NCBI GenBank assembly: GCA_017654855.1
Contig: CM030335.1
Location: forward strand, 2,294,001 to 2,358,000
DNA length: 64,000 nt
Direction: 5' to 3'
Source: Podospora anserina
Lineage: Eukaryota
Positions 14,407 to 27,019 of the stretch are shown in pieces (position 1 is the stretch's first letter; each line of letters begins with the position of its first letter). Both the position numbers and the translations under genes were made by a program. Below the pieces are notes generated by a model that saw only the letters and a program-made list of their open reading frames with translations, searched no databases and was not told where the DNA came from.

Positions 14407-16290
14407 GTGGATATGAGCGTTTGTGGTTGTAAGCGAGTGTGTGTACGTTCTGTCTGCGTGGGGGGTGGGGGGGGGGGGACAAACTAGGAAAGGAAAAACA
14501 AGATATAAAAGAAGACGACCCAGCGAATCTCAGTTTGTTCTTGAGAGCATATATTACGACAGTTGGGTGTGTGTGATGAAGTGGAAGGAAATTGAAAATA
14601 CATGAGGGGGGGTGGGGGTTGAGGTTATATCGCAAACTGATTAGGAGATATTATCTTGAGATAAGAATAAGCTGATATTGCCAGGACAGGAGTTTGGGAG
14701 GAGTTGGGAGGGTTGCTATGCTATGCTGGGAAATTGCTTTGATGGTGGTGGTGGTTGGTTGGTCGAGGTGTGTATGTTTTGGGGGGGAAGGCATAGCGGT
14801 TTTTTCTTTTCTTGCGGTTTGGGGATTTGGGAAGGGGTTGGGCTGATAAATGGGAGGGAATTGGGTTTATGTAGAGTAGTTTGTTGTGTGTGTAAAAGAG
14901 AATGTCAAGGGGGGGTTGAATGTCATTGGTGATGTAGCTACTCGTGATGTGTGGAAGATATGCTGGCTCTCATGACTAGAAACTTTGGTTAATTTGGAAC
15001 TCGACACCATCTTATAAGCACAGAGGCTTGCTATCCGGGAGAGGTGTTTCAACCTCTTGTATCGAGAAAGGTTGAGGACCGGAGACTAGGAAGGGAAGGA
15101 AGCGAGTGAGATTCCTGAAGCATGATCAAGAGTGCCGTAATCAGTTTTACGAGGGCCTTGATGGGTGCTTGAGCTTGACCAGGCCGATGTACCATGGGCC
15201 TGAACACCTCATCCAGGACGATTCCAAAATCAGCAATACAGGTATGGCTTTGGCCGTTGGGCTGCACAAGAGAACAATATCACGGCCAGGCAAAGCGAAC
15301 AAGACATGGAAGTGTGGAAAGATTTGGTTTATTATTATCCATGGTGTAGCACATGAGCGGGAGAGCATCGAACTTGCCCAACACCCACACGCCAATCCAG
15401 CCCACCATCAGCCAGTGAAAAATTCCAACCCGCAGCGATGAAGCCCAAGAAAACAAGCATATGGACACCCCCTTCCGCCTTGAAAAACCAAGGCTGACTT
15501 GAATGTCCACCCCACGCGAGTGAAGGGTTTCACAAGCTGATGAATGGGCCGGCCCAACGCGGCGGTTGGTTGTTGGGCTGGTTCGATTGCCTCTTTCCTC
15601 CAAAACCCAACTCCTGCCTTGCTCAAAGTCCCAATCCAGACCGGCGGTGTCAAGATGCCGAAGTATATGCGATCTAATTATCCAATTGTTAGCGCTCCTG
15701 TTTTTAATGTGAAAACAGTGAAGTGTGTAGTGTGTGTTGGGTATAATGTCAGACTGTTGAGTTTGATGATTTTTTTAATCAACATGATTTATTCTGTTGG
15801 CCGTTCTTAAGAGCAGTTTTTGTCATCATGGTAAATGGTGTTTGTTTGTTGCAAAGGCAAAGGAAACAGGGTGCTGTCTTACCATTCAAGATGCGGGTGC
15901 GTGAAAAGAAAGGAAAGAGAGAGGAAGAAAGTGTCTCCAAAAAAATTGGAGTTGAAATTTATATCCAATGGAAAAGTGCGGACTGGGGGGACCGGGGAGG
16001 AGGGGTGACCAAGCTTAATCCTCTTTTTTTTTTCGGTCGGTGCCTGATCGATAAGGCTGTCAGATTCACTTTGTGAGTGACACAGGAAACCCCACTTTTG
16101 AACTTGGGCTGCGGCGGGCGGTGGGACTGGGCTCCTGCTGGCCGGGTGCCTGGTTCGAAAGTGATCTTCTGATATCTCCTCCCTCCTCCGTGAGGAACTT
16201 GCCGCCCTTTTTTTCTTTTACTCGCCAACTACATTATCACAAAAAATCCCAAGGTTGAAGTCTGCTGCGAAGCAATCTAATACCGTCAAG

Positions 16291-17166
16291 ATGGCTTGTA
16301 AGTTTTATACCGACTTCCCCTCTGGAAATATGACAAGGCTGTGTTGTGCGCGCGCGCAAAAGGAGAGCTGGAGGAGGGGTTGGGAAATCGAAGATGTCCG
16401 GGTTACCCCGCCATCGCGCTATCGAGGAGGAGAGGGCGGATGTGTTTGCGATGCCCTCCTCTTTGCGCGCGCAAACTTGTTTACGGGTTTAAATGAAGCA
16501 AAAGCTAACCAAATGGTAAACAGTCGATTTCCAGGGAATTGCTAGTGAGTTTCCACCACCACCAGAGCTCCAATGAAGCCGGTTACATACGATCGCGAGA
16601 AGAGAAGCTAACGCGCGCTGTTTTTGTGTTCCCCCCGCAACAGCGCAGTTCGTCACCCACTACTACACCACCTTTGATACCGACCGCAAGGCCCTGGCTG
16701 GTCTCTACGTATGTTCTCGATCGAGCGAGCTGTTGGGGAATTGGTGACTAATGGAGTAAACAGAGAGAGAACTCCATGTTGACCTTTGAGTCTACGCAAG
16801 CCCTCGGTACCGCCAACATTGCTGAGAAGCTCACCGTAAGAGATGCTCTGATTACGCGACACGATGAGGACGGTCGTTGACTCGATTTGTTACAGAACCT
16901 CCCATTCCAGAAGGTTAAGCACCACTTCGACACTGCTGATGCCCAGCCCACCGCCACTGGTGGTATTGTGATCTTGGTCACCGGCCAGCTCTTGGTATGC
17001 TTCAAACATGATATGTAGAAGCGAGGCTGAATACTGATACGAATTTCTCACACAGGTTGACGAGGAGGCCAACCCTCTCAAGTTCTCCCAGGCTTTCCAG
17101 CTCGTTCAGGATCCTCAGGGCCAGTGGTTCGTTTTCAACGATATCTTCAAGCTCGTTTTCGGTTAA
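16291..17166 (+). CDS. NTF2: Nuclear transport factor 2 (six exons)
   Basis: Manual splicing gives MAFDFQGIATQFVTHYYTTFDTDRKALAGLYRENSMLTFESTQALGTANIAEKLTNLPFQKVKHHFDTADAQPTATGGIVILVTGQLLVDEEANPLKFSQAFQLVQDPQGQWFVFNDIFKLVFG*. All five introns are canonical GT-AG. The gene is absent from the ORF track because the exons are short. Confidence 0.95.
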
Positions 17167-18390
17167 GCGGTTGCGACGAGTATGATGGAGCGATATTTAC
17201 ACCACTTAGACGGAGCCGTGAGCATATCATAGCCAAATACACCAAAAACACGTGAAGATACCAGAAAAGGAAGCGGCGGCATCTGAACGTTTGCTGTGGG
17301 CGGCGTCTGGAGATGGACTGACGGGAAAGAGGGAGGGGACTTTGATTTTTTCGCCAGCATTAAGCAGCAGTAGCTACACCTTGGGGTTAATTAAACCTTT
17401 TAAACGTCAAGAGGTGAATTCGCATTGATGGAGCTATGCCGCGCAACCTCTTGAACCTCATGGCCAGGTAGGTACGTCAGCAGGGGACCTCGGAAATCGG
17501 GTGCCTGTTTGGCGGCCACTTATTAAAAGCTGGCCATTTGGTCTGGTCTGCGAAAAGGATGTTGTCAGTTGGCTCGCTGTCAGGGCCAGCATTCCTCACA
17601 GAGAACACTGTGGAATAAATACCAACACCCAAACCAAACAGCACACCACTATTTCATCAATACCTCTGAAGAATAGAAACTCCCTCCGTCTCCGTTCACA
17701 ACAGAAAAAGAAGAAGCGGCAGCATTGCACCGATCCCTGTCAGGCCTGCTGTCACCAGTGTTACAGCCACAGATTATCCAATCAGCGCTTGCGGAACCTC
17801 ACCATTAGCCCCACTTTGGACCTCTTCTTGCGTACCGGGAATCCGAAAAGACCAACGGTGTGTGTGTGTCAGTGCTTTCGCTTCAGAAAGTGTGAAGGTG
17901 TTTGTTACGTACGACAATAGCTCTCTCTCTCTCTCTTTCAGGCTCTACTACCTACCTACCATTAGAACACTGGCTCACTCCCTCTGCTAGACAGACAAAG
18001 GAGAGCAGTTTCCCCCCCCCCTCAACGACCGAACAAACGCGATCAACGAAGCCACGTTTTAATTATCCCATCGATCTTTCTTCTGGATTGAGGCGCAATC
18101 GAACGAGTCGTCAATTGTTGCCGTCGCCCGTCGCAACACGAAGCCACTACCACCGCCAGCAACGACGAAGGGCATAGATACGTTCTCAGGAGGGATAATC
18201 AACTGCACGATTTGTATCGACAGGAAAAGGGATAGGCGCATTAAAAAGACAGGACAAGAATAGTTCGTGAATAGCTACTGCAACTACCCGCCAAAGCAAG
18301 CAAGCTACCGAGCTTCGAACCGCGAAGAAGCACCACTATCCACCACCACAATCCTCAACATCACCACCCGGTGATCCAACAGCCGTCAGA

Positions 18391-18918
18391 ATGACCCTAA
18401 AAGAAGAATTCCAAACCCGCAACTTCAGTCCGTCCCTTTCCCCTCCCCCTTATCCCCCCTTTCCCCAATTTACTGACCCTCCCCCCCGTGTAGGCATCTA
18501 CGGCCAATGGCTAGGAATCCTCTCCATGATCCTCTGCTTCGCCCTCGGCCTCTCCAACATGATCTCCTCCATCTTCTCCCTCAACATCGTCATCATCGCC
18601 TTCTCCATCCTCGCCATGGTTTTCTCCTTTGTTATCCTCTTCGTCGAAGTCCCCCTCCTCCTCCGCATCTGTCCTACTTCCTCCTCCTTTGACGCGGCAA
18701 TCCGCAAGATCTCGACAAACTACATGCGTGCGGGCGCGTACGGGGTTATGGCGCTGGTGATCTGGCTGAGTTGCATCAGCACCCGGACGAGCTTGATCGC
18801 TGCGGCGGTGTTCTTGACCTTGACGGGGGCGTGTTATGGGTTGGCGGGGGCGAAGGGGCAGGCTTTTGTTGGGAGTAAGACGCTTGGCGGGCAGGGGGTG
18901 GCGCAGATGATTGTGTGA
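18391..18918 (+). CDS. TVP18: Golgi apparatus membrane protein Tvp18
   Basis: MTLKEEFQTRNFS-IYGQWLG...FVEVPLLLRICPTS...NYMRA...KTLGGQGVAQMIV matches the Tvp18 family. One intron at 18428-18493. Confidence 0.9.
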   Translation: MTLKEEFQTRNFSPSLSPPPYPPFPQFTDPPPRVGIYGQWLGILSMILCFALGLSNMISSIFSLNIVIIAFSILAMVFSFVILFVEVPLLLRICPTSSSFDAAIRKISTNYMRAGAYGVMALVIWLSCISTRTSLIAAAVFLTLTGACYGLAGAKGQAFVGSKTLGGQGVAQMIV

Positions 18919-19615
18919 GGTTGTTGAAGGATGATGGGGGAGGGGAAGAAGCTGGCTGGGCCGGAAAGTTCAATATGATTACTAAAGGGGAGTTGGATGG
19001 GAAGAGGGGACGGGGATGGTAAAGTGATGTTGATGAAGGAGCCGCTCCTTGTCTTTTATTGTTATTGCTACTACTATCGAGATGCTTAGTTGTGAGGGAA
19101 GAAGACGAAGAAGAAGCAGAGACAGAACCTCAAATATGGATTACTTTTTCGCTTTAGGCAAGGAAAAAAAGAAAGAGGGAACCAACGAATATTGGTGTTT
19201 TTGGCGCCGGCTTTTTGTTTTTGTGTTTTTGTTTTCTGTTTTGAGTTGAGTTGTTTTTTGTACGGTTAGGGTAATACCTTCGCTTTTTTGTTTAGGGTAA
19301 TGGGGAAGCATTTTTTCCTATTACCTTCTGCCAGGTACTGTGTTTGAAGATGTGATATTTCAGCTGGATCTGTTCAACGAGTCTATCAGAGTTCAATGCC
19401 CACCCAATAATATCTAGCAAGGGACTTACCAATCCAGCCAGTTTTCAGGCGTATATATTGATCTATCTGTGTCTGGGAATCATTTGGTCACGGCTTACAT
19501 AGTGAGTATATCTATCTATCTTGGCAGATTTCATAACCTATCCCTCAACCCCGCAAAGCATAAACGATGGGGGGAGAAAAGAAAAGCAATAAAAAGAAAA
19601 AAATAAAAATTGAAT

Positions 19616-19720
19616 TTCCCACACCGGGAATTGAACCCGGGACTTCAGGGAGTATCAGATCCTGAGATAATCTCAAGGATGACTGAAAGCCTGATATGCT
19701 GACCACTACACCATATGGGA
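19616..19720 (-). tRNA. tRNA-Glu (anticodon UUC) with a 33-nt intron
   Basis: Minus strand reads TCCCATA-TGGTGTAGTGGTCAGCATA-TCAGG-CT-TTC-A-[intron 19651-19683]-C-CCTGA-AGTC-CCGGG-TTCAATT-CCCGG-TGTGGGA-A. The cloverleaf is complete, the intron is at canonical position 37/38, and a T-rich Pol III terminator follows. Confidence 0.95.
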
Positions 19721-20556
19721 CTCTGCGGCCTTCTTCTTGGTTTTGGGATGGAAGGAGGCGAGGAGGATTGGATTATATGGGGGTTGTTGAGGGAGGGAGG
19801 GAAGGAAGAGAAGGCTGGCTGCTTGGGTGGTGGGGAAAAGGAAGGGAAGGAAGGAACGGGGGTTCTTCCCTGAGTAAGGGGTGTTGGGAGCCATTACCGG
19901 CGAGTTTGGGCCATTTGGGAAGGGAAAAGACTGCTAAAGAAATCTGCGAAATGGCAAAACGATCACAGGTGTGAGGGAAGACGGTACGGTGGGTAGCTCG
20001 ATGTTGCTTTGAGATGGAGAGTGGGTTCATCAGTGGCAATGTTGAAGGCCAGGGGTGAAAGAGATTCAGACGTATCTACCTTACTGTGTGGGCAATGCAT
20101 ATACTTTTCAGCAATAGCAACGTTTTAATACCGGGCGCAGCAAGCAAGGCTTGTTCCAAGATTCAAGACCAAATCTCATCGATCCAAATACTCCTTCGAC
20201 ATTTCATGGCTAGCCTAACAGCTTATCCAGTCCCATCCCACACCCCCAGCCCCATCCCACACCCCCAGCCCCATCATAAGCAACTCACACATCACACATA
20301 TAACACGCAGAACAAACAAGAGTTGATGTCTCACAAAAGAACGAATAATCTTCATTATATCAACTTTTATACCACCCCCCCACACAAATCAGCGACCGAA
20401 GCCTTTCTTTTCTCTCAAAATCCCCTCCCCATAACAACCAAATACCACTCGACGCTAAAGCTTAGAGTAAAACAACAAAACAAAAGCAATCAAAGGAGTG
20501 GATTTCAACAGCTTTCAAAAATCACAAAGTCATCACAAATTATCTGCCAGAAGAAA

Positions 20557-23316
20557 TCACTTCTCCTCAGCAGTAGCAGACTCAACCGTCTTCTTCTCCT
20601 CATCCTGCTCCACCTTCTCCTGGACAATCGTCTCCCCAGCCATGTTGGTGACCAGAGACTTGACCGTCTCGATGATGCCCGGTTTCGAGGCGGGTTCTTC
20701 TTCCTTTTCAGGCTCCGCCTGGGGTTTTGGTTTCTCCTCCAGTTCTTCCTTGGATTCTTCAACCTTGGGCTCCTCCTTGGGCTCCTCAGCCTTAGGTTCC
20801 TCGGCCTTGGTCTCCTCAACCTTGGCTTCTGGCACCAGTTCTGACTCCTTCTTCTCCTCTACAACAGGAGTCTCCTCCCTCTTCTCCTCAACAAGAACCT
20901 GCTCCTCCACCGTCTTCTCAACCGGCGACTCAGGCTCTCCAAGACTGGGATGCCCACCACCAACACTGAGCTCACCCTCTTCAGGATCAATCTCAAAGAA
21001 AGTAAACGCCGATGACACACCAAAGATGACAGTAGGTTTAGGCGCTTCCTTGGGAGGCTCCTGCTTGGCACTGGGTGCCCGTCTCTGCGGACCCCTAGCC
21101 CTCCCCTTTCTCGCATCAACAAGCGGCGCCTTCTCCTTCTTCTCTTCCTCCTCCTTCTCCTCCGCCGGCTCCTCCTTCTTCACCGGCGCCTGAGGGCCGA
21201 GCTGCAGACGTCTATTAAGATCATTCATAAACCCGGCCTGCAACGCCGCGATCTTGCCACCAACTGGTCTAGCCGGGACAGCAGGCTTTTGCTTTGGGGG
21301 CGCAGCCGCCTCAGCAGGTTCTAGCCCGCCAGAGGTAGGGCCCGCCTTGACGGGGCGGACAGGAATCGCGGGTTTGGGACGCTCGGGGATAGCGGGCTTG
21401 TTGTCGTCACCGGAGACCTTGGGCTTGGGACGAGCGGGGATCTCGGGCTTCTTGGCGGCAGTGGTAGGAGAAGAGGTTTCAACTGGCGAAGGAACAGAGT
21501 CGTCTTGCTGGGGAGTGGAGACGGTGGTCTCGAGCTGGAGGGACTCTGGGCTATCCTCCCAAACGTCCCGACTAGGGAAGCGGTTGTGCATACCGGGACG
21601 GCCCGCAGCCTTGGTTTCGCTGGCAAGATGGGGCTGGTGCTTGACCCAGAGCGGCTTCGCGCTCCGGCCGGGGATGAAGCCATCGGCTCCACGTTCCCTG
21701 ACCTCCTTCTCGGCCAGTTCCTCCTGGTGGCGGGCAAATGCCTGAGCGGGAGTCTCTCCATCTCTGGTGGGAGGAACAATGCTGGCGGCATTTTCTGACT
21801 TGTCTTCGCCTTCAAAGAGATCCGGAGTAGACACCTCAGCCGTGTAGTAGACGGAGCTGGGTGCGTCCTCCCAGATATCCGCGCTAGGGAAACGCTGCTT
21901 CTTGACGCTCTTGGGCTTCTCCTTGACGGGCTCCTTCTTGACAACCTTGTCATCGTCCTCAAAAAGGGGCTCGTACTCCTCAACATCCTCAAGGGGAGTG
22001 GAGCGGTGCTCAAAGGAATGCTCCTTGTAGATGCTGGCAGGCCTGCTGGTGGGGCGGCTAGTAGGCTGATCTTCGTTGGGAAGCTCAACAGCAGGCTGGT
22101 GAACATAGGGTGACGGGTCCTTGGCAACCTCGTCCTCGGCCAGGATGGGCGCGTCGTAAGCCTCCTCCTCAACGGCGGGCGACTCGTTGTCGCTGAACAT
22201 CACAGACCTCCGGCGGTTGGGCTCCTCGACGTGAATGACGTCACTGATGGAAGAAGGGCGACGGGCTTCCTTGTCCTTGTCTGAGTCGGAGATCACTGAA
22301 GAGGGCTTCTTGGGAGAAGCAGGACCAGGCGAGGCGACACGGGAGGTCGACTCTTCCAGGGCTTGCCAGGCGACCTGATCGGTGGGGGTGCCAGAGTAGT
22401 TCTTGACGCCAAGACCAGAACCACGAGTGATGGTCTCACGGACGATCTTGTTCAGCTCCTCACTGCTCATGGAAAAGTCCTTGACACGATCATAGTGGTG
22501 GAGTACATGCTCCTTCTTGAGAAGCTCGGGGTGCTTCTCGAAGTAGGCCTTGTCGAGCTTGTCCTGGGGACCAACACCATGGCCGTGCAAGCCGTAGCTA
22601 CCAGGAGGCAGGTTGCCACGACTGGACGACCGACGACTGTGGTGCTTCTTCTCGACGGTGGAAGGAGCAGGTGAAGGAGCCTGCACATCACCGGCATGCT
22701 TGAGCATGGGAACCTGGATACCAATCTCGGGAATGCCATGCTCGTCATCGATATCACTCTTGGCGGACAGCTGACTGGTTGTGCTGGCCTTCTTCTTGAG
22801 GCTGCGGTTCGAGGGCAAGGCGCCGGCGGAATCGTCGTTGCTGCTGGGTCTGCCAATGCCAAAGGCGGCAGCACGGTCGCTGTCGGTACGGGTAACCGCC
22901 ATCACGCGCTGCTTGGCGCTGGCGGCAGGCAGAGATGGCTTGGGCGCATGAAGCTTGACATCCTCGCCGACGGTGCGGGTGTGCTCGGGACTGGTGCTCT
23001 CCTCATTGGAAGGGCTCGATTCTTGGGCCAGGTTGGCATACTCGGCACCCTCTTCGCCGAGAGAGGGGAGGTCGACGGAGGTGGAACGGGGAATGGGATC
23101 GCCATAGGTGCGGCCGCCAGGATGGAGGGACTTGGACTTGACGAGGGGGCTCTCGTTGAGCGGCGAGGGAGCAAATCGGTCCGGGTTGGGACTTATTGAG
23201 CGCTGGAAGCGCCGGTTGGCAGGGCGTGGAGGGACCATTGGAAGGGGTGCTCTCTCTTGACTCCTCGAGGGTCTCGGGGGTATGACAGGAGGTTGCTGAG
23301 CCGTTGTAGCGGACAT
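20557..23316 (-). CDS. AIM21: Aim21-like proline-rich actin/cytoskeleton-associated protein
   Basis: Single long ORF with repeated FPS(A/R)D(I/V)WED(A/S)P motifs, PxxPxRP SH3-ligand repeats, KIAALQAGFMNDLNRRL and PLVDARKGRARGPQRR, as seen in fungal Aim21-family proteins. ATG at 23316. Confidence 0.75.
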   Translation of the reverse strand: MSATTAQQPPVIPPRPSRSQERAPLPMVPPRPANRRFQRSISPNPDRFAPSPLNESPLVKSKSLHPGGRTYGDPIPRSTSVDLPSLGEEGAEYANLAQESSPSNEESTSPEHTRTVGEDVKLHAPKPSLPAASAKQRVMAVTRTDSDRAAAFGIGRPSSNDDSAGALPSNRSLKKKASTTSQLSAKSDIDDEHGIPEIGIQVPMLKHAGDVQAPSPAPSTVEKKHHSRRSSSRGNLPPGSYGLHGHGVGPQDKLDKAYFEKHPELLKKEHVLHHYDRVKDFSMSSEELNKIVRETITRGSGLGVKNYSGTPTDQVAWQALEESTSRVASPGPASPKKPSSVISDSDKDKEARRPSSISDVIHVEEPNRRRSVMFSDNESPAVEEEAYDAPILAEDEVAKDPSPYVHQPAVELPNEDQPTSRPTSRPASIYKEHSFEHRSTPLEDVEEYEPLFEDDDKVVKKEPVKEKPKSVKKQRFPSADIWEDAPSSVYYTAEVSTPDLFEGEDKSENAASIVPPTRDGETPAQAFARHQEELAEKEVRERGADGFIPGRSAKPLWVKHQPHLASETKAAGRPGMHNRFPSRDVWEDSPESLQLETTVSTPQQDDSVPSPVETSSPTTAAKKPEIPARPKPKVSGDDNKPAIPERPKPAIPVRPVKAGPTSGGLEPAEAAAPPKQKPAVPARPVGGKIAALQAGFMNDLNRRLQLGPQAPVKKEEPAEEKEEEEKKEKAPLVDARKGRARGPQRRAPSAKQEPPKEAPKPTVIFGVSSAFTFFEIDPEEGELSVGGGHPSLGEPESPVEKTVEEQVLVEEKREETPVVEEKKESELVPEAKVEETKAEEPKAEEPKEEPKVEESKEELEEKPKPQAEPEKEEEPASKPGIIETVKSLVTNMAGETIVQEKVEQDEEKKTVESATAEEK

Positions 23317-25922
23317 GGTGGGCAAGCTCGGCGGAGGTCGGGCTGGTAGATATGTTATGCGGTGGTGGTGTCAAGGGAGCTGTCGTTGGTGGCTCGGTTG
23401 CGATAGCGGAAAGAGGGAGAACGAGCAGGTAAGACGGAGAGGATGGGTAGGATCGGGTTCGTGCGGAGTGCGGTACCACGAAGACAGTCCTGTGTGTGAT
23501 GTCTGGGGAAGTACACTAGGGTAGCTCGTCTGGAATAACGGCAGAGACTAGGTTAGCACATGCAGCAGGAGGATCGGTGAATGTGTAGAGAGAAGGCTTG
23601 GAGCTGATGCGAGATAAGCGCGCCCAACGGTTGAAGCTCTCGACAATCCGACCCAAGATGTTCGACCGCCCCCCAGACAGACGTGATAACACGGTACATG
23701 AGCCGCGCAGCCTTGTGCCTGCAGATAACGAGTCACCGCCAGACCGAGGCGAATGGCGGGTCGATAAGAAGCGAGACAGGTAGAGATAGTGAGGAGAGAA
23801 AAAAACAGCTTCTAGCTAATGCGGTTACATGGCAGGAAGATGTGGCTCCGCGTTACAGAGCGAGCTGGAGAAGCGGCATGCTGCTATCGCGGATATAAGT
23901 GTGCCTCAGACCTGCTGCAACCAAGGAAACAGCCGGAATGGCCCACGATGTCGCACAATGGGAGATCAACGACTCGTCCATCCCCAACTGGGCGCATGGT
24001 GGTTTGGCAGACCGCTTGCATCTATCTGACTGGGAGAAAAGGGGCTGATGGAGGGGCAAGGAGCTGCCTCATAGGTGGTGGGGAAAGGCCGCGAGTCAAA
24101 ACTTACTTTGGAGGAGGTTGGCGGTGAGGTTGCCTTTGATTAAAAAGAGAACAGAAAATGCAATTGAATGAATTATGAGAATCACAGCGGTGTTGGATGA
24201 GAACGTGAAACTTGTTGTGTTCTCAAACTGGGCGGCGCTGGCGGGCCACTTATATCGCTACTTGGATGCCTTCTTCGTCATTTGGTACAAATCCGGTCTC
24301 CAGCTGTGGGGTGCGGGACTCGAGTTCGTACTGTGTTACGAGAGAAGCTCTCCAAATTCCAAAGCGGCAGACGCTTGCACCACCGGGATCTCGTGGTCTG
24401 TTTTGTCCGCTTCAACCGGCTAGCACGTCCGCAATTGATTCGACCCAGTGGCTACTCCTGTTTCTCCTCAGGAGTCAACAGCAGAGACATGTATGTACCT
24501 GTACGTACCACCTCGTACCTTGAAGCAGCCACGTCGTTTTGAGGCGATGTTAGAGTTCAGCTCTCCTCGCCCGATCATAGTCTCTCGTCCCGCCAACGTC
24601 TTTGATCCCGCAAGTTTAAATCTGGATGGTGAGCTGGCTTGTTTCCTTTGCTTGCTTTCGAGACACAGCATAATAGACTACAATCACGCCTTGAACACAA
24701 TAAACATCGAATAATAATCCAGATTGCCAAAAGTCATCAAGGTACACAGTCTAGCAGCACGGACCCAGGTGCCCTTTTCCCCTGGCATCTGGGCTGAGGT
24801 CTGTCATTTCTTCCCCACCATTTCCCCACCTCGCGATGGGCATCCACCTGGCGTGCTGGCCAAGATGGCTGACAGAAGTTCTGGAATTGCCCAAATATTC
24901 AAATGACCAGAAGAGATTTCCTCTCACCGACGAGACCTGCTCGATTTATCGATGAGCTGTTCCCTTTAGCGTAGCAGATACACCGTTGGAAAAAAGCCTG
25001 TTGAGGACCGCTTCTCCAGAATGGCGGGGTATCTGAATCTTTCACTGACGTGCGGGGCCTGCTGGGCGATCGAGCTTGGATATTCACGTGATGTGATTGG
25101 CCCGCTCTGAGATCCACGTGTGATGATGCCTCCCTCGAGACGAAGACACGAAGACTCCGGGCCATCCATCCATCATCTTTGTGGCATATTGCATTGTTGC
25201 CTACTATTTTGATAATATTGCAGTCTGCTAATGCAAAATCAGAGAATTCCTCCAACTCCTGCCAATCACGGCAACCCCACCGGCCTCGTCTCCCGGTGAC
25301 CGCCTTTTCCACGATACAACACCATTTTTTTCCAGCATCTTTTTTAGGCCTTCACAAACCGGCCGGCATCCAAGCCAGTCCGCTTGGCGTTCCTATCCAG
25401 CCTGGGCGTTTTCAGCAGGTCGAAAAAATCGAAACTCCACCCAGATCTCATCGAACTGACGACGATATTCGTAGGGCCGACCGGGTCATCTCTCTCCTGT
25501 TCCTTCGTGCTCCTTCGAGTCCCTGCGGAGAACTGCAGTCTAACGTGCCAAGAAATACCGCACCCATCAATCCAAGCAGCTCAGCAGATTCATGACGCAA
25601 TCTTCGTTGTGTTCGTGGCAGCCGTTGCCCACGCCGTATACTGTACTCTGTGGCAACACAATTAGCAACAGAAACGACACATTGTTGATATCCTGCAGGA
25701 CCTTGGGAACACAACAGCAGCAGCCCGAGTGGGATGTCCTCCTGATGTCACACAGGAGCGATTCATTCAACCACCAACCACCATCCTTGCACCTGCCCAG
25801 GATTTATTTCTATCCTTCTAGAAGAAACGCACGGACCATCTCACTTACACGCTCAAGGAGCATCACCACTTACAGCAACTGAGATCAAGGCTTGATTAGT
25901 TATCAGATATTGCAGGGTCACC

Positions 25923-27019
25923 TCAGACGATGCAAGTGCATCTCCATCTTTTCTGCGTTTTAAAATCAGATACCATCCATTACATCCCACCTCATCTGAC
26001 AGTCTATACTTGTGTTACCCTCACCAACATTTCACAGCCTTCCAGTAGGGGGCCCCATTTTCTTACAAAGCCTTCACTCATCTCCCATCCCTGCTCGCCC
26101 CACGGATCACACAGCACCATGTCCACCTCGTCATCCTGATACCCCTGAGACCCGCCGTTCGCGATGTCATTGTAAAATTCAGTCGTGTTATACACGTCTT
26201 GGTACATGATCAGGTTATCTCGAAGCTTGGGAAAAGGCACCGAGTCGATCCAACACTCGTGTGGAACGCTTTTCTGCAATGATGTCGGCCGCAGGGAGCT
26301 TCGGTCCATATTTAGGGGTATGAGAAAGACGCTCACGACCACGTCGGTCATATACGCCCTCGACGAGTTATATTGATCCAGCGGTATCCAGGAACGGTCC
26401 GCCAAACCAGAGTCTGCAAGCGGGAAGGAATCAGGAGAGACCGACGAAGACCCAGGGAACGACGCATTGTAGATGTCTGTTGGTGCCGCCTGAACTGGGG
26501 CTCTGCTGCTTGACGGGATGCAGGTGGCCGGAAATGGCATGAATTCGGCGATAGAGGATGGGTTGAAGTCGGAGAATGCGGTTGGACTAGTCATCGGGGC
26601 CGATGGTGCAACGAAGAAATCGGACGCATCTGCCGGCAATGGATATTCTGCAGCCGTCTCCTCGCGTGGTACCCCTGTCTGGTCCTGGTCTTTTTGTTTT
26701 GCGGCTGCCTTACGCTTGCCTGCACAACATATCAAAAGCCTTGTGTCAGTCACTCAAAGCATATGGGTTGTCCTCGAGCCAGGACCACCACTCTGAAGAC
26801 TTACGCCATGCCCGCTGATGAAGCCGATTCTGACGACGCCTACGCTCTGCCGGATCAGTTACTCCAGTCCAGTCATCTGTGATCTCGAGAGCCTGTCATC
26901 AATTCAGTGTTAGCCCAGGCAGCAATTTGGAGTCGGAAACATCAGCATCAACGCACTTCGGATAGTTCTTTTTTCCGGCCAAGTACCAAACAATGCATTC
27001 TTTGACTCGGACCTGTCAT
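25923..27019 (-). CDS. bZIP transcription factor with C-terminal DUF3425-like domain
   Basis: An exon near 26805-26893 encodes DDWTGVTDPAERRRRQNRLHQRAW (basic region) and is spliced to RKRK. The C-terminal part has SLRPTSLQ..VPH..WID.VPFPKLRDNLI and DPWGEQGWEMSEGFVRKWGPLLEGC. The first and last exons are inferred from splice signals. Confidence 0.8.
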
